A stretch of 35,101 bases of DNA from a virus (taxonomy: Duplodnaviria; Caudoviricetes). The notes under the pieces were generated by a model. The model saw only the letters and a list, made by a program, of their open reading frames with translations. It searched no databases and was not told the DNA's origin. The translations under genes were made by a program, and so were the position numbers. This document shows, in pieces, positions 23,876-33,109 of this stretch (positions are counted from its first letter, which is position 1; each line of letters starts with the position of its first letter). The stretch lies in IMG/VR virus record IMGVR_UViG_3300037851_000491, positions 1-35,101 of that record, one strand, 5' to 3'.

Positions 23876-24832
23876 ATGACCGACCTTCTCGGCAATAAGC
23901 ACTGGCTCGGCGCCAAGCCCCAGGCCGTCGCCGGCACCAAGGAAACGACCGTAACGACCTTCCTGGCCACCACGAAGATCAAGATGGACGGCAACATGAA
24001 GCCGATCGAGCGAGCGGCCACGCTCACGACCGGCTACGAGCTGCCTCCCCTGGCCGGCTGGCTGCACCCGAGCGCCGCCTGCTCGTGCGAGTACCACGCC
24101 TCGCAGCCGCAGCCCTTCTACTGGGCCCTCGGCGCCGTCAACACCACCACGCCGGTCGGCACGGTCCGGCTGCACTCGATCACCGAGGCCGACGCCCCGG
24201 TCCGCCTCACCCTCGAGGCCGACAAGATCTACCAGAAGGACAAGCAGGGCGATTGCTTCGTGAGCAAGCTGGGCCTCAACTTCAAGCCGGGCGAGATCGC
24301 CACGCTTGACCTGGAGTTCCTGGGGCTCTCCCACCTGGGCGACCAGACCCTGACGAGCACGCCCGCCTTCACCACCGACCCGCTGGTCTGCAGCCGGGCC
24401 GCGGTCAAGTTCGACGGCGTCGCTGACTACACCGTGGAGGGCGGCAGCTTCACCTGGGACGGCGCCCTCGAGGAGGCCCTCGGCCTGACCGACCAGACCG
24501 ACCGCGAGGCCCTCAAGATTCGCCGCAAGGGCAACCCGGAGATCACCGCGAAGCTGGACTTCCTCGACTTTCCGAAGGCCAACCTGGCGGCCATGCTCGC
24601 CGGCACCACCTTTGCCCTGGTGATCGAGCTGACCGGGGCCGTGATCGAGTCCACCTACCGCAAGATGCTGCGCGTCACCCTGCCGGCCTGCCGGTACACG
24701 GGCGGCCTGGACACCGAGGTGGCGGACGGCCTGATCACCGGCTCGGCCGATATCAAGGCCTACTACGACACCGTATCGAGCAAGCGGATTCTCGTGGAGG
24801 CGCAGAACACGATCTCCGCGATCAACACCTAG
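23876..24832 (+). CDS. Major tail tube protein
   Basis: 318 aa, beta-rich, upstream of chaperone and tape measure; GAGGTG RBS. Confidence 0.85.
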   Translation: MTDLLGNKHWLGAKPQAVAGTKETTVTTFLATTKIKMDGNMKPIERAATLTTGYELPPLAGWLHPSAACSCEYHASQPQPFYWALGAVNTTTPVGTVRLHSITEADAPVRLTLEADKIYQKDKQGDCFVSKLGLNFKPGEIATLDLEFLGLSHLGDQTLTSTPAFTTDPLVCSRAAVKFDGVADYTVEGGSFTWDGALEEALGLTDQTDREALKIRRKGNPEITAKLDFLDFPKANLAAMLAGTTFALVIELTGAVIESTYRKMLRVTLPACRYTGGLDTEVADGLITGSADIKAYYDTVSSKRILVEAQNTISAINT

Positions 24833-24837
24833 CGCCC

Positions 24838-24960
24838 CAAGGCCTCGTGGCGGGCCTCGCAGGCGCGAGGCGGGGGTTTTCCCGCCGGCGCCGTGTCGGG
24901 CCTTACGGAGGCCTCAGCGGCCCGATTTGAGCCCATTACGCGACCCTCGGAGGGGGAGCT
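24838..24960 (+). repeat. Structured intergenic element, rearranged copy B
   Basis: GGCGGG-N6-CCCGCC hairpin, CAGCGGCCCGATTTGAGCC and CGGAGGGGGAGCTA as in copy A; CGTGTCGGGCCTTACGGAGGCCT is the reverse complement (1 mismatch) of 34113-34135. Confidence 0.75.
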
Positions 24961-25437
24961 ATGAAGATCGTTACCGACAGCGACGTCCAGACATTCACCG
25001 ACCCGGAGGGCGACCGCCTGGTCCTGCTCACCACCGTGCGCCAGCGCGACGTGGAGAAGGCCGCGGATATCGCCCAGCAGGAGGCCATGGAGGCCCTCAA
25101 GGGCCTGGGAATGTCGCTCGAGGAGGCCATGAAGCAGGCCCGGGAGGCCGACGCCGAGCAGGTGGCAGCCGCCCGGGAGCGCGTCAGGAAGGAGGACCTG
25201 TCGCCCGGCATGCGTCGCTTCCGCCTTCAGGCGGTCGCCCAGCGCCTGACCGTGGGCGCCCAGGAGTACGGCGGCCATGCGATCGTGGAGGCCTACGAGA
25301 ACATGGACCCCGCCTCGGCCCGCTGGGTCGATGAGCAGGTCGACACCGTCTGGAAGCGGGCCCTGCCCGATGATGCCTCGCGCGAAAGCTCGCCGGCTGG
25401 CCTGGACGGTCCTGACCAGCCGGAGCGGAACGCCTAA
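24961..25437 (+). CDS. Tail assembly chaperone (gpG-like)
   Basis: Between tail tube and tape measure; GGAGG RBS. Confidence 0.8.
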   Translation: MKIVTDSDVQTFTDPEGDRLVLLTTVRQRDVEKAADIAQQEAMEALKGLGMSLEEAMKQAREADAEQVAAARERVRKEDLSPGMRRFRLQAVAQRLTVGAQEYGGHAIVEAYENMDPASARWVDEQVDTVWKRALPDDASRESSPAGLDGPDQPERNA

Positions 25438-25624
25438 GAACGCGCTCGCCCGGGAGCCGCACCTCGCGCGGCTCTGGTCGTCCTACCAGCTCTGCAAACA
25501 CCTGACCTGCCTGCCGGACGCGGGCGGCCTGCTCGACCAAGACGCCGAGTGGGTCGCCTTCGCCGGCGTCTTTGCGGCCACCGAGGCCGACTACCAGGAA
25601 AGCCAGAAACCAAAAGGGAGGTGA
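25370..25624 (+). CDS. Tail chaperone extension (gpT-like) in the +1 frame
   Basis: LPDAGGLLDQD motif typical of gpT regions; overlaps gpG 3' end; start or shift site uncertain. Confidence 0.7.
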   Translation: MMPRAKARRLAWTVLTSRSGTPKNALAREPHLARLWSSYQLCKHLTCLPDAGGLLDQDAEWVAFAGVFAATEADYQESQKPKGR

Positions 25625-25628
25625 AGCC

Positions 25629-27467
25629 GTGGCCGACGCCCGCACCCTCGAGGTCATTCTCAAGGCGACGGACCGCACCGCCGCCGGCGTCAACTCCGCG
25701 GCGTCCAACTTCGGCGGCCTGGACGGCAAGCTGAAAAGCCTGGCCTCGGCCGCTACCGGCGCCCTCATCATCGGCAAGGTCACCGACTACATGTGGGAGG
25801 CCGGCCAAGCGGCCCTCGAGGACGAGGCCGCCGCGGCCACCCTGGCTAACACCCTCGTCAATGTGACCGGCGCCACCCAGGACCAGGTGGACGCCGTGGA
25901 GGACTACATCAGCAAGACGGTCCTCGCCGCCGGCGTGGCCGACGATAAGCTGCGCCCCGCCTTCTCGAACCTGGTGGTCGCCACCAAGGACGTCCAGAAG
26001 GCCCAGGACCTAATGACGATCGCCATGGACGTCGCCCAGGGTAAGGGCCTCGATCTCGAGGCCGTGACGAAGGCCCTGGCCAAGGCCCAGCAGGGCAACG
26101 TCTCCGGGCTGCAGAAGCTCGGCGTGGCCACCAAGGACGCCTCCGGCAAGGCCCTGTCCTACGAGGAGATCCTGCAGAGCCTGGCCGACACCTACGGCGG
26201 CGCCGTCGCCAAGAACGCGGAGACGGCCGCCGGCAAGCAGGCCCGGCTCACCCTGGGCATGGCCGAGATGAAGGAGAGCATCGGCACCGCCCTGGTCCCC
26301 GTCCTGAACACGTTCATTGATCTCGGGCAGAAGGTGCTCGGCTGGTTTACCAACCTCCCGGGCCCGGTCCAGAAGGTAATCGCAATCGGCGCCCTGCTCA
26401 CCGCCATGCTCGCCGGCGTGGCCATGGTCATAGGCCCGCTCATCCCGCTGGTGTCCGGCCTGGCCGCGGCCAACATGGCCCTGCTCGGCCCGATCGCCGC
26501 AGTGGTCGCCGGCATCGGCGCCATCATTGCGATCGTGGTCCTGTGCATTAAGTACCACGAGGAAATTCTGGCCGCGCTCACCGTGGCCTGGAACGCAATC
26601 AAGGCGGCTTTCACCGCTGCCTGGGACGCCATTACCGGCGCCTTCACGGCGGCCTGGGACGCCATCAAAGCGGTGTTCTGGGCGGGCATCAACTTCCTCC
26701 GGGACAACTGGCAGACCATCATGCAGGTCCTGCTGGCCATCGCCACCGGCGGCCTTTCCGCCCTGCTCGGTTTCATCATCAAGCACTGGGACGACATCAA
26801 GGCTGGCTTCTGGAAGATGGTCGACGCCATCAAGGCGGCCTGGTCCGCGGCCGTCGACTGGATAAAGGGCATCCCCGGCAAGATTCTCTCCGCCCTCGGC
26901 AACCTGGGCGGCCTGCTCGTCGACACCGGCAAGGCCGTCATCCAGGGTCTCTGGGACGGCATCAAGTGGCTGTGGGAGAACGGCGTCAAGGGCTGGTTCA
27001 ACATCAACCAGAAGGTCAAGGACTTTTTCGTTGGCGCCGGCACATGGCTCTACGACATCGGCAAGTCCATCATCCAGGGGCTCTGGAACGGGCTCAAGTC
27101 CATCTGGGAAAGCATCAAGTCCTGGTTCCTGGACAAGATCTCCTGGCTCAACGCGATTCTGCCCGAGAAGTGGGAGATACACTCGCCCTCGCGCGTGTTC
27201 TTCCGCCATGGCGCGAACCTGATGGAGGGCCTGCGCCTCGGCCTGGCCGCCGGCGGAGACAGCGTGGAGGACCAGATGAATCGCGTAGCCGATATGGCCG
27301 GCGGCTTCGGCGGCACCTTCGGCGGTAACTTCGCCTTCTCCGGCGCCGGCTCCGGCGCCTCCACAATCCACATTGGAAGTATCACGATCGACGGCTCGAA
27401 GATGAGCGAGGCCTCCTACCGCGGCCTCATCGAGAGCATCCAGACGGCCGTGAGAATGGGAGGCTGA
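25629..27467 (+). CDS. Tape measure protein (612 aa)
   Basis: LEVILKATDRT start, Trp-periodic 11-aa repeats (AWDAITGAFTA), IHSPSRVF motif; GGGAGGTG RBS. Confidence 0.95.
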   Translation: MADARTLEVILKATDRTAAGVNSAASNFGGLDGKLKSLASAATGALIIGKVTDYMWEAGQAALEDEAAAATLANTLVNVTGATQDQVDAVEDYISKTVLAAGVADDKLRPAFSNLVVATKDVQKAQDLMTIAMDVAQGKGLDLEAVTKALAKAQQGNVSGLQKLGVATKDASGKALSYEEILQSLADTYGGAVAKNAETAAGKQARLTLGMAEMKESIGTALVPVLNTFIDLGQKVLGWFTNLPGPVQKVIAIGALLTAMLAGVAMVIGPLIPLVSGLAAANMALLGPIAAVVAGIGAIIAIVVLCIKYHEEILAALTVAWNAIKAAFTAAWDAITGAFTAAWDAIKAVFWAGINFLRDNWQTIMQVLLAIATGGLSALLGFIIKHWDDIKAGFWKMVDAIKAAWSAAVDWIKGIPGKILSALGNLGGLLVDTGKAVIQGLWDGIKWLWENGVKGWFNINQKVKDFFVGAGTWLYDIGKSIIQGLWNGLKSIWESIKSWFLDKISWLNAILPEKWEIHSPSRVFFRHGANLMEGLRLGLAAGGDSVEDQMNRVADMAGGFGGTFGGNFAFSGAGSGASTIHIGSITIDGSKMSEASYRGLIESIQTAVRMGG

Positions 27468-27468
27468 T

Positions 27469-30294
27469 ATGGCCGGCCAGGTGCAAAAGACCGCGTCGGT
27501 CATGACCTGCGTGCGCAACGGCTACACCACCACGCCCAGCGACTACGCGGTCGGCGGCCCGGGCCCGAGCCCGAGCTACAACAACAGCATCTACATGACG
27601 TTCCCGGATCTCGATTTGCCCACCGGCGCCGTGATCGACAGCGCCTCCATGCACTACGACATGACCAGCTGGGACTGGTCCGCGGCCACCTCCATCGAGC
27701 TGCAGCATGCGACCGGCGCCGGGACGCCCACCAACCAGGTAGGCGTGGACGGGACACTCGACTCGACCACGGTCCCCAGCTCCACCCTGACCGATACCTA
27801 CGAGGCCACGAACACCGCCAGGCGCATGCTCGAGACCGGGCTGCACTACCTGAAGATGTTCAACGGCAACGGCGAAAACCGGAAAAACTTCACGTCGACC
27901 AAGGCGATTCTGACCGTAAACTACACCGCCCCGCCGGTCGCCCCGACCCTGGGCAGCGTGGTCCGCGACAGCCCGACGCAGTGCACGGTCAACTGGACCA
28001 ACAACGCCACGACCGACGCGCCCTACACGACCCTGGCCGTCTACCGGGCGGAGCAGGGCAGCAGCTTCTTCGCCCTCCTGGCGACCAAGAGCCCGACCAC
28101 CCTAACCCAGCACGTCGACACGACCTGCGAGGCCGGCAAGAGCTACCGCTACCAGGTCATGGCTTCCAACGCCGCCGGCGACGCAACGAGCGCGGCGTCC
28201 TCCTGGCTGTACGCGGTCCCGACCGCGCCCTCGAGCGTGGCCAACCACCGCGAGAGCACCACGAGCAACCACGTCACCTGGACCGATAACCCCACGACCG
28301 GCGCGCCCTATGACCACCTCGAGGTGGAGCGCACGACGAACGGCACCGATTGGACGTCGGTCAACAGCAGCGTGAGCGGCACGGCCACCAGCCTGATCGA
28401 CTCCGCGAGCGTCTCCGACACGGTCGGCTACAAGTACCGCGTGCGGGCCGTGGGCCCGGGCGGCACTTCCGACTACGGCACGGCCGCTGACTACACCGAG
28501 GTCAAGCCGGCCGCGCCCACCATCGGGACGGCCACGCGCGTGAGCGACACCCAGGCCACGATCGCCTGGACCAACAGCGGCGCCGCGGGACCTTACGAGG
28601 CCCTGACCGTGGAGCGGCAGACGGACGGAGAATCCTGGGTCCAGGTCGCCTCCGTGGCCACGACCGCCACGAGCTACACCGACACCACCGTGGCCGCGAA
28701 CCACAGCTACGCCTACCGAGTCAAGGCGGCCAACACCGCCGGCTCGGCCACCTCCGCCGCTTCGAGCACCATCTACAACACCCCGGCCGCGCCGACGATC
28801 GGCACGGCCACCAAGACCGGCGACACCGCGGTCACCGTGACCTGGACGGATAACTCGAACACGGAGAGCAACTTCGAGGTCCAGCGCTCCGTCGACGGCG
28901 GCGCCTACTCCGCGATCGGCACGGTCGGCGCCGGCGTGACCAGCTACAACGACACCAGCGCCCCGGGCGGCACGCTGACGTACAAGGTCCGCGCGTACCG
29001 CGGCAGCCTCTATTCGGCCCTCTCCGCGGCCTCCAACAGCGTCACCACGACGCAGCCTCCGGCGGCCCCGACGATCACGCCGGCCTGGCCGGCATACTCG
29101 CCCACCGGCGCGACCCTGCGCGTGAGCTGGCAGCACAACACCCTGGACGGCTCCGCCCAATCGAGCGCGGACGTGGTCTACAACATCGGCGCCGGCGACG
29201 TCACCCAGAACGTGGCCGGAGCGACGAGCTACTACGACATTAGCATCACCGGCAAGCTGGCCACGCAGGTCTGCACCGTCAAGGTCCGCACCTACGGCCT
29301 CCACGCGAGCCCCGGCTCCTACTCGGCGACGCAGTCCACCACGCTGGCCGACCAGCCCGCCTGCAACATAACGACGCCGGCCACCGACGGAACGACCGTC
29401 ACCGACGCGCCCCTGGCGGTCGCATGGAGCTACACCGACGAGTTCGCCCAGGCCGGCTGGGCCCTGCAGCTGCTCAGCGCCGGCGGCGCCGTGCTCAAGA
29501 CCTGGACCGGCGCGACCGAAACCAGCAAGAGCATCCCGGCCGCCGACTTGCCCGACGATTCGAGCTACAGCCTCGCCCTCGAGGTCCGCAGCGGTTCCGG
29601 CTTCACCGCCGCCGCGACCCGGACGTTCGGCACCGACTACGCCGGTCCCACGGCTCCGACGATCGCCGCAACCTTCGACCCGGTCGCCCTCTCCGCGAGC
29701 ATAATCGCCGCGGCCGGAGAGACCGGCGCCCTGCCGGCCACCGATCATCTGGTGCTCCTGCGCATCGACAGCCACCTCGGCGTGACCGAGCAAGTCACCC
29801 TGGCCGACCCCTTCACCAGCGGCAGCTACCTGACCGACTACGTCCCGCGGCTCGATCAGACCGTCACCTACCGCGTCCTGGCCGTCGCCGCGAACGGCGC
29901 CTACAGCCTCGCCGAGGCGCAGATCTCGACGCCGGCAAACGGAGCGGTCGCCCTCAACTTCGGCGAGGGATACGCGCAGCTGCTCATCCTGCAGTGGGAC
30001 GCCCAGGTGGGCCGCGATCGGGAGGACGACTCCGAGACGTTCGTCTTTGCCGGCCGGCCCGACCCGGTCACCTATGCCGGCGAGCACACCAAGGAGGTCC
30101 TGAGCGTGACCGCCACCGTCCTGGACGCCACCAACGCCGCGGCCCTCGAGGCCCTCGGCCTCTGGCACCGCGCCTGCACCTACCGCCAGCCCGGCGGCCG
30201 GCGCATCCACGTCAAGGTGCAGAAGATCGGCGACAGCCTGGGCGAGGCGCCCGGCGCCACCGGCGCGTCCCTGAGCCTGCTCAAGGTGGAGTGA
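27469..30294 (+). CDS. Large minor tail protein with about 4 FN3 domains and probable C-terminal distal-tail domain
   Basis: Repeated P.AP...V.WT.N...ER...YTD...Y.YRV.A.N..G; follows tape measure. Confidence 0.85.
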   Translation: MAGQVQKTASVMTCVRNGYTTTPSDYAVGGPGPSPSYNNSIYMTFPDLDLPTGAVIDSASMHYDMTSWDWSAATSIELQHATGAGTPTNQVGVDGTLDSTTVPSSTLTDTYEATNTARRMLETGLHYLKMFNGNGENRKNFTSTKAILTVNYTAPPVAPTLGSVVRDSPTQCTVNWTNNATTDAPYTTLAVYRAEQGSSFFALLATKSPTTLTQHVDTTCEAGKSYRYQVMASNAAGDATSAASSWLYAVPTAPSSVANHRESTTSNHVTWTDNPTTGAPYDHLEVERTTNGTDWTSVNSSVSGTATSLIDSASVSDTVGYKYRVRAVGPGGTSDYGTAADYTEVKPAAPTIGTATRVSDTQATIAWTNSGAAGPYEALTVERQTDGESWVQVASVATTATSYTDTTVAANHSYAYRVKAANTAGSATSAASSTIYNTPAAPTIGTATKTGDTAVTVTWTDNSNTESNFEVQRSVDGGAYSAIGTVGAGVTSYNDTSAPGGTLTYKVRAYRGSLYSALSAASNSVTTTQPPAAPTITPAWPAYSPTGATLRVSWQHNTLDGSAQSSADVVYNIGAGDVTQNVAGATSYYDISITGKLATQVCTVKVRTYGLHASPGSYSATQSTTLADQPACNITTPATDGTTVTDAPLAVAWSYTDEFAQAGWALQLLSAGGAVLKTWTGATETSKSIPAADLPDDSSYSLALEVRSGSGFTAAATRTFGTDYAGPTAPTIAATFDPVALSASIIAAAGETGALPATDHLVLLRIDSHLGVTEQVTLADPFTSGSYLTDYVPRLDQTVTYRVLAVAANGAYSLAEAQISTPANGAVALNFGEGYAQLLILQWDAQVGRDREDDSETFVFAGRPDPVTYAGEHTKEVLSVTATVLDATNAAALEALGLWHRACTYRQPGGRRIHVKVQKIGDSLGEAPGATGASLSLLKVE

Positions 30295-30298
30295 CACC

Positions 30299-31351
30299 AT
30301 GGCCATAGACTGGACCATCCCGCGCCAGGGCATCTTCCGCTTTTACCGCGTCTCCTACTCCGGCCGGCAGGAGCTGGAGGAGCTGGCCACCATCCAGCCC
30401 GGAGGCCGCATCACCCGCAACGCCGCCACCGACCTGAAGGAGGAAGGCCGGCTGCCTTGCGTGGAGCTGCCCTCGATCGGCGACGACCTGATCAGGATTT
30501 ACTACGTGGTGGAGGACGACGCCGGCCAGGAGGACGCGATCGCCCTGGCCACCATGCACGCGGTCAAGCCCTCCGCCCGCTACACCGCCGCCGCGGAGAC
30601 GGCCGAGCTGAGCCTTGTCTCCGCCCTGCTCACCCTGCAGCAGGCCAAGCTGCGCGAGACCCTCACGATCGCCGCCGGCACCGTGGCCGCCACCAAGGCC
30701 GCGGAGATCTGCACCGACCTGGGGCTGCCCGTGGTCAGCTCGCCCGGCACCCGGGCCCTGACCGCGGACGCCTCCTGGAACGCCGGCGACTCCCGCCTCA
30801 AGGTGGTCAACTGGCTGCTCGACTTCGGCGGCTACTGGAGCGCCCAGGTCGACGGCTGGGGCCGCGTGGTCTTCGCGCCCTATGAGGACCCGCGCCGGCG
30901 CACGCCGGTCTGGACCTTCCGGGACGGCAGCAACTGCATCTATCGGCCCGAGGTCACCCTCGAGACCGACGCCTGGGACGTGCCGAATGTCTGCGTCCTG
31001 ACCTGCTCCAACCCGGCGACCGCCCTCTCCGGCAGCTTCACCAACGACGACCCCGCCTCGCCCTACTCGACCGTCACCCGCGGCCGGGAGATCGCCCTGG
31101 CGGAGACGGTAGACGACGCGACCAGCGAGGCCGATCTCGACGCCCGGGCGGAGAAGCGCCTCATGCTGGCCACCTCGGCCACCGAGCGCCTGGCCCTCGA
31201 GCACGCCTACGCGCCGGTCACGATCGGCGACGTGGTCGACTTCGGATGGACCGCCCGCGGCCTCTCCATGAGGGCCGCCGTCCAGTCGCAGGACCTGACC
31301 CTGACCCCGGCCCTGCCGACCAAGAGCCTGACCAAGCGAGTGTGGGCATGA
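30299..31351 (+). CDS. Baseplate hub/Tal-like minor tail protein
   Basis: Position; SRLKVVNWLL...VDGWG...VPN...NDDPASPYSTVTRGR. Confidence 0.8.
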   Translation: MAIDWTIPRQGIFRFYRVSYSGRQELEELATIQPGGRITRNAATDLKEEGRLPCVELPSIGDDLIRIYYVVEDDAGQEDAIALATMHAVKPSARYTAAAETAELSLVSALLTLQQAKLRETLTIAAGTVAATKAAEICTDLGLPVVSSPGTRALTADASWNAGDSRLKVVNWLLDFGGYWSAQVDGWGRVVFAPYEDPRRRTPVWTFRDGSNCIYRPEVTLETDAWDVPNVCVLTCSNPATALSGSFTNDDPASPYSTVTRGREIALAETVDDATSEADLDARAEKRLMLATSATERLALEHAYAPVTIGDVVDFGWTARGLSMRAAVQSQDLTLTPALPTKSLTKRVWA

Positions 31352-32349
31352 TGGACGAGAGCATCCTGAACCAGATCCTGAACGCCGGCATCCTCCGGGC
31401 GCCGGCCCCGCCCCGCACCGAGTGGTATCTCGGCACGGTCGACGGCACGCCCTCCGGCGGCAGCGCCCCGGTCACGATCGACGGCGACACGAGCCCCACC
31501 GACTGCGTGCAAGCCGTGACCTGCGCCGATACCGAGCGCGTGCTTCTCTGCCGGCAAGGCCGCGCCCTGATTGTGGCGGCCAACCTGACCAGCCCGGCCG
31601 GCAGCATGACCGCCGCGCAGATCCTGGCCGCGCTGCTCACCGTGGACGGCACCGGGAGCCTGCTCGACGCGGACACCTGCGACGGCAGCCACTACAGCGC
31701 GTCGGACGTGCTCGCCAAGATCAAGACGGTCGACGGCTCCGGCTCCGGCCTGGACGCCGACCTGCTCGACGGCCAGGAGGGCAGCTACTACGCCCCGGAG
31801 ACGACCACCACGGCCGGCTCGCTCGTGGACGGCGCCACCGGCAAGACCACCCCGGTCGACGCCGATAACGTCGCTATCACCGACAGCGCCGCGAGCCACG
31901 TTCTCAAGAAGCTGACCTGGGCGAATCTCAAGGCCACGCTCAAGACCTATTTCGATACCCTCTACACACCGGCCGCATCACTGACTGGCTGGACCGACTG
32001 GACGCCCACCGTCACCGCGACCGGCTCGATGACCATTTCTTCATTGTCGTGGGCGCGCAAAAGGTGGATGCGGATTGGGCCGCTCATCTACTTCGAGGTT
32101 AACTTCTCGTTCACTACCGGGGGCACGGCAAGCACGGGGGTCTACATAACGTTCCATTCTGAACTAGCGGCCCTGGACGACTTTGTGACGGCCCCTGTCG
32201 GCTACCAAGACGGCGGCGGGACCGTGGTGGGAGTAGCTCAGTCCTATAGCAGCACTGCGATGCTGGTGCGAAAGTATGACGGCAGCAACTGGGGCCTTGG
32301 AACCAACCGCCGCATCCGCTGCGCCGGCTTCTACACATTGGCACCATGA
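31348..32349 (+). CDS. Tail spike/fibre, probable receptor-binding protein
   Basis: N-terminal OB-like segment, two VDG.GS.LDAD..DG repeats, KKLTWANLK, C-terminal WTDWTPT beta domain. Confidence 0.85.
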   Translation: MMDESILNQILNAGILRAPAPPRTEWYLGTVDGTPSGGSAPVTIDGDTSPTDCVQAVTCADTERVLLCRQGRALIVAANLTSPAGSMTAAQILAALLTVDGTGSLLDADTCDGSHYSASDVLAKIKTVDGSGSGLDADLLDGQEGSYYAPETTTTAGSLVDGATGKTTPVDADNVAITDSAASHVLKKLTWANLKATLKTYFDTLYTPAASLTGWTDWTPTVTATGSMTISSLSWARKRWMRIGPLIYFEVNFSFTTGGTASTGVYITFHSELAALDDFVTAPVGYQDGGGTVVGVAQSYSSTAMLVRKYDGSNWGLGTNRRIRCAGFYTLAP

Positions 32350-32573
32350 GCCAGATCGCCGGATACGTCTCCCTTGCTGCGGTCATCTTGGGCGTCCTCT
32401 ACCTGGTGTTCGGGCCGATCATGGATGACAACCAAGACGACCGCGACTACCGTGATCTCTATGCCGATGTAGCAGTCATCAAGGAGGACGTGCGATGGCT
32501 GACCACGACCACCACCTACGTCACCGGCACCCTGCGCTATTTCGTCGTCTCCGGCTGGTACAAGCCCGCCTAA
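32346..32573 (+). CDS. Small single-TM protein
   Basis: N-terminal hydrophobic helix, ATGA overlap. Confidence 0.55.
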   Translation: MSQIAGYVSLAAVILGVLYLVFGPIMDDNQDDRDYRDLYADVAVIKEDVRWLTTTTTYVTGTLRYFVVSGWYKPA

Positions 32574-32597
32574 AGCCCCACGGAAAGGAGCCCGCCC

Positions 32598-32744
32598 ATG
32601 CTCGCCCGCCTCCGCGAGGTCCTGCGAGATCCGCAGTGGGCCCTGCTTATGTACCTCTGGCGCCGCGACCGCCGGCGCGCCCGCGCGGAGTACCTGCGCC
32701 GGCTTGACCATGCCTGCATGATGAGCAACCGGAGCCGGCCGTGA
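32598..32744 (+). CDS. 48-aa Arg-rich peptide (absent from ORF track)
   Basis: AAAGGAG RBS; MLARLREVLRDPQWALLMYLWRRDRRRARAEYLRRLDHACMMSNRSRP; GTGA overlap. Confidence 0.55.
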   Translation: MLARLREVLRDPQWALLMYLWRRDRRRARAEYLRRLDHACMMSNRSRP

Positions 32745-33088
32745 GCCTGCCGGACTGGGCCGCGATCGTCGGCTGGATAGTCGCCGGCCTGATCGGCTTC
32801 ACCGGGGCCCTGGCCGTCCTGCGCTCCCGCTACCGGGTGGCCACCGACACCGAGCGCGAGAAGTACATAGCCGCCCTCGAGGCGCGCAACAAGCTGCTCG
32901 AGGAGGCTAACGGCCGGCAGTCCGCGGAGATGAAGGCCCTCGAGAAGGCCCACCACGAGCTGCGCGGCCAGTTCCGTTTCCTGTCGCAGCTCGTCCTGGG
33001 CAAGTGCCCGCTCGCCGAGATCGACCCCGAGACCGGCGCCTGCGTGCACTGTGCCATGAAGCAGCCCTGCGGCGTGACGCCGCAATAG
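32741..33088 (+). CDS. Single-TM coiled-coil lysis-region protein (holin/accessory)
   Basis: N-terminal TM, heptad region, Cys-rich tail; directly upstream of endolysin. Confidence 0.7.
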   Translation: MSLPDWAAIVGWIVAGLIGFTGALAVLRSRYRVATDTEREKYIAALEARNKLLEEANGRQSAEMKALEKAHHELRGQFRFLSQLVLGKCPLAEIDPETGACVHCAMKQPCGVTPQ

Positions 33089-33109
33089 AGACCGAAGGAG
33101 GAGACCGCC

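Noticed and set aside
31348-32349. Diversity-generating retroelement target
   Set aside because: No reverse transcriptase and no template repeat differing at adenines was seen
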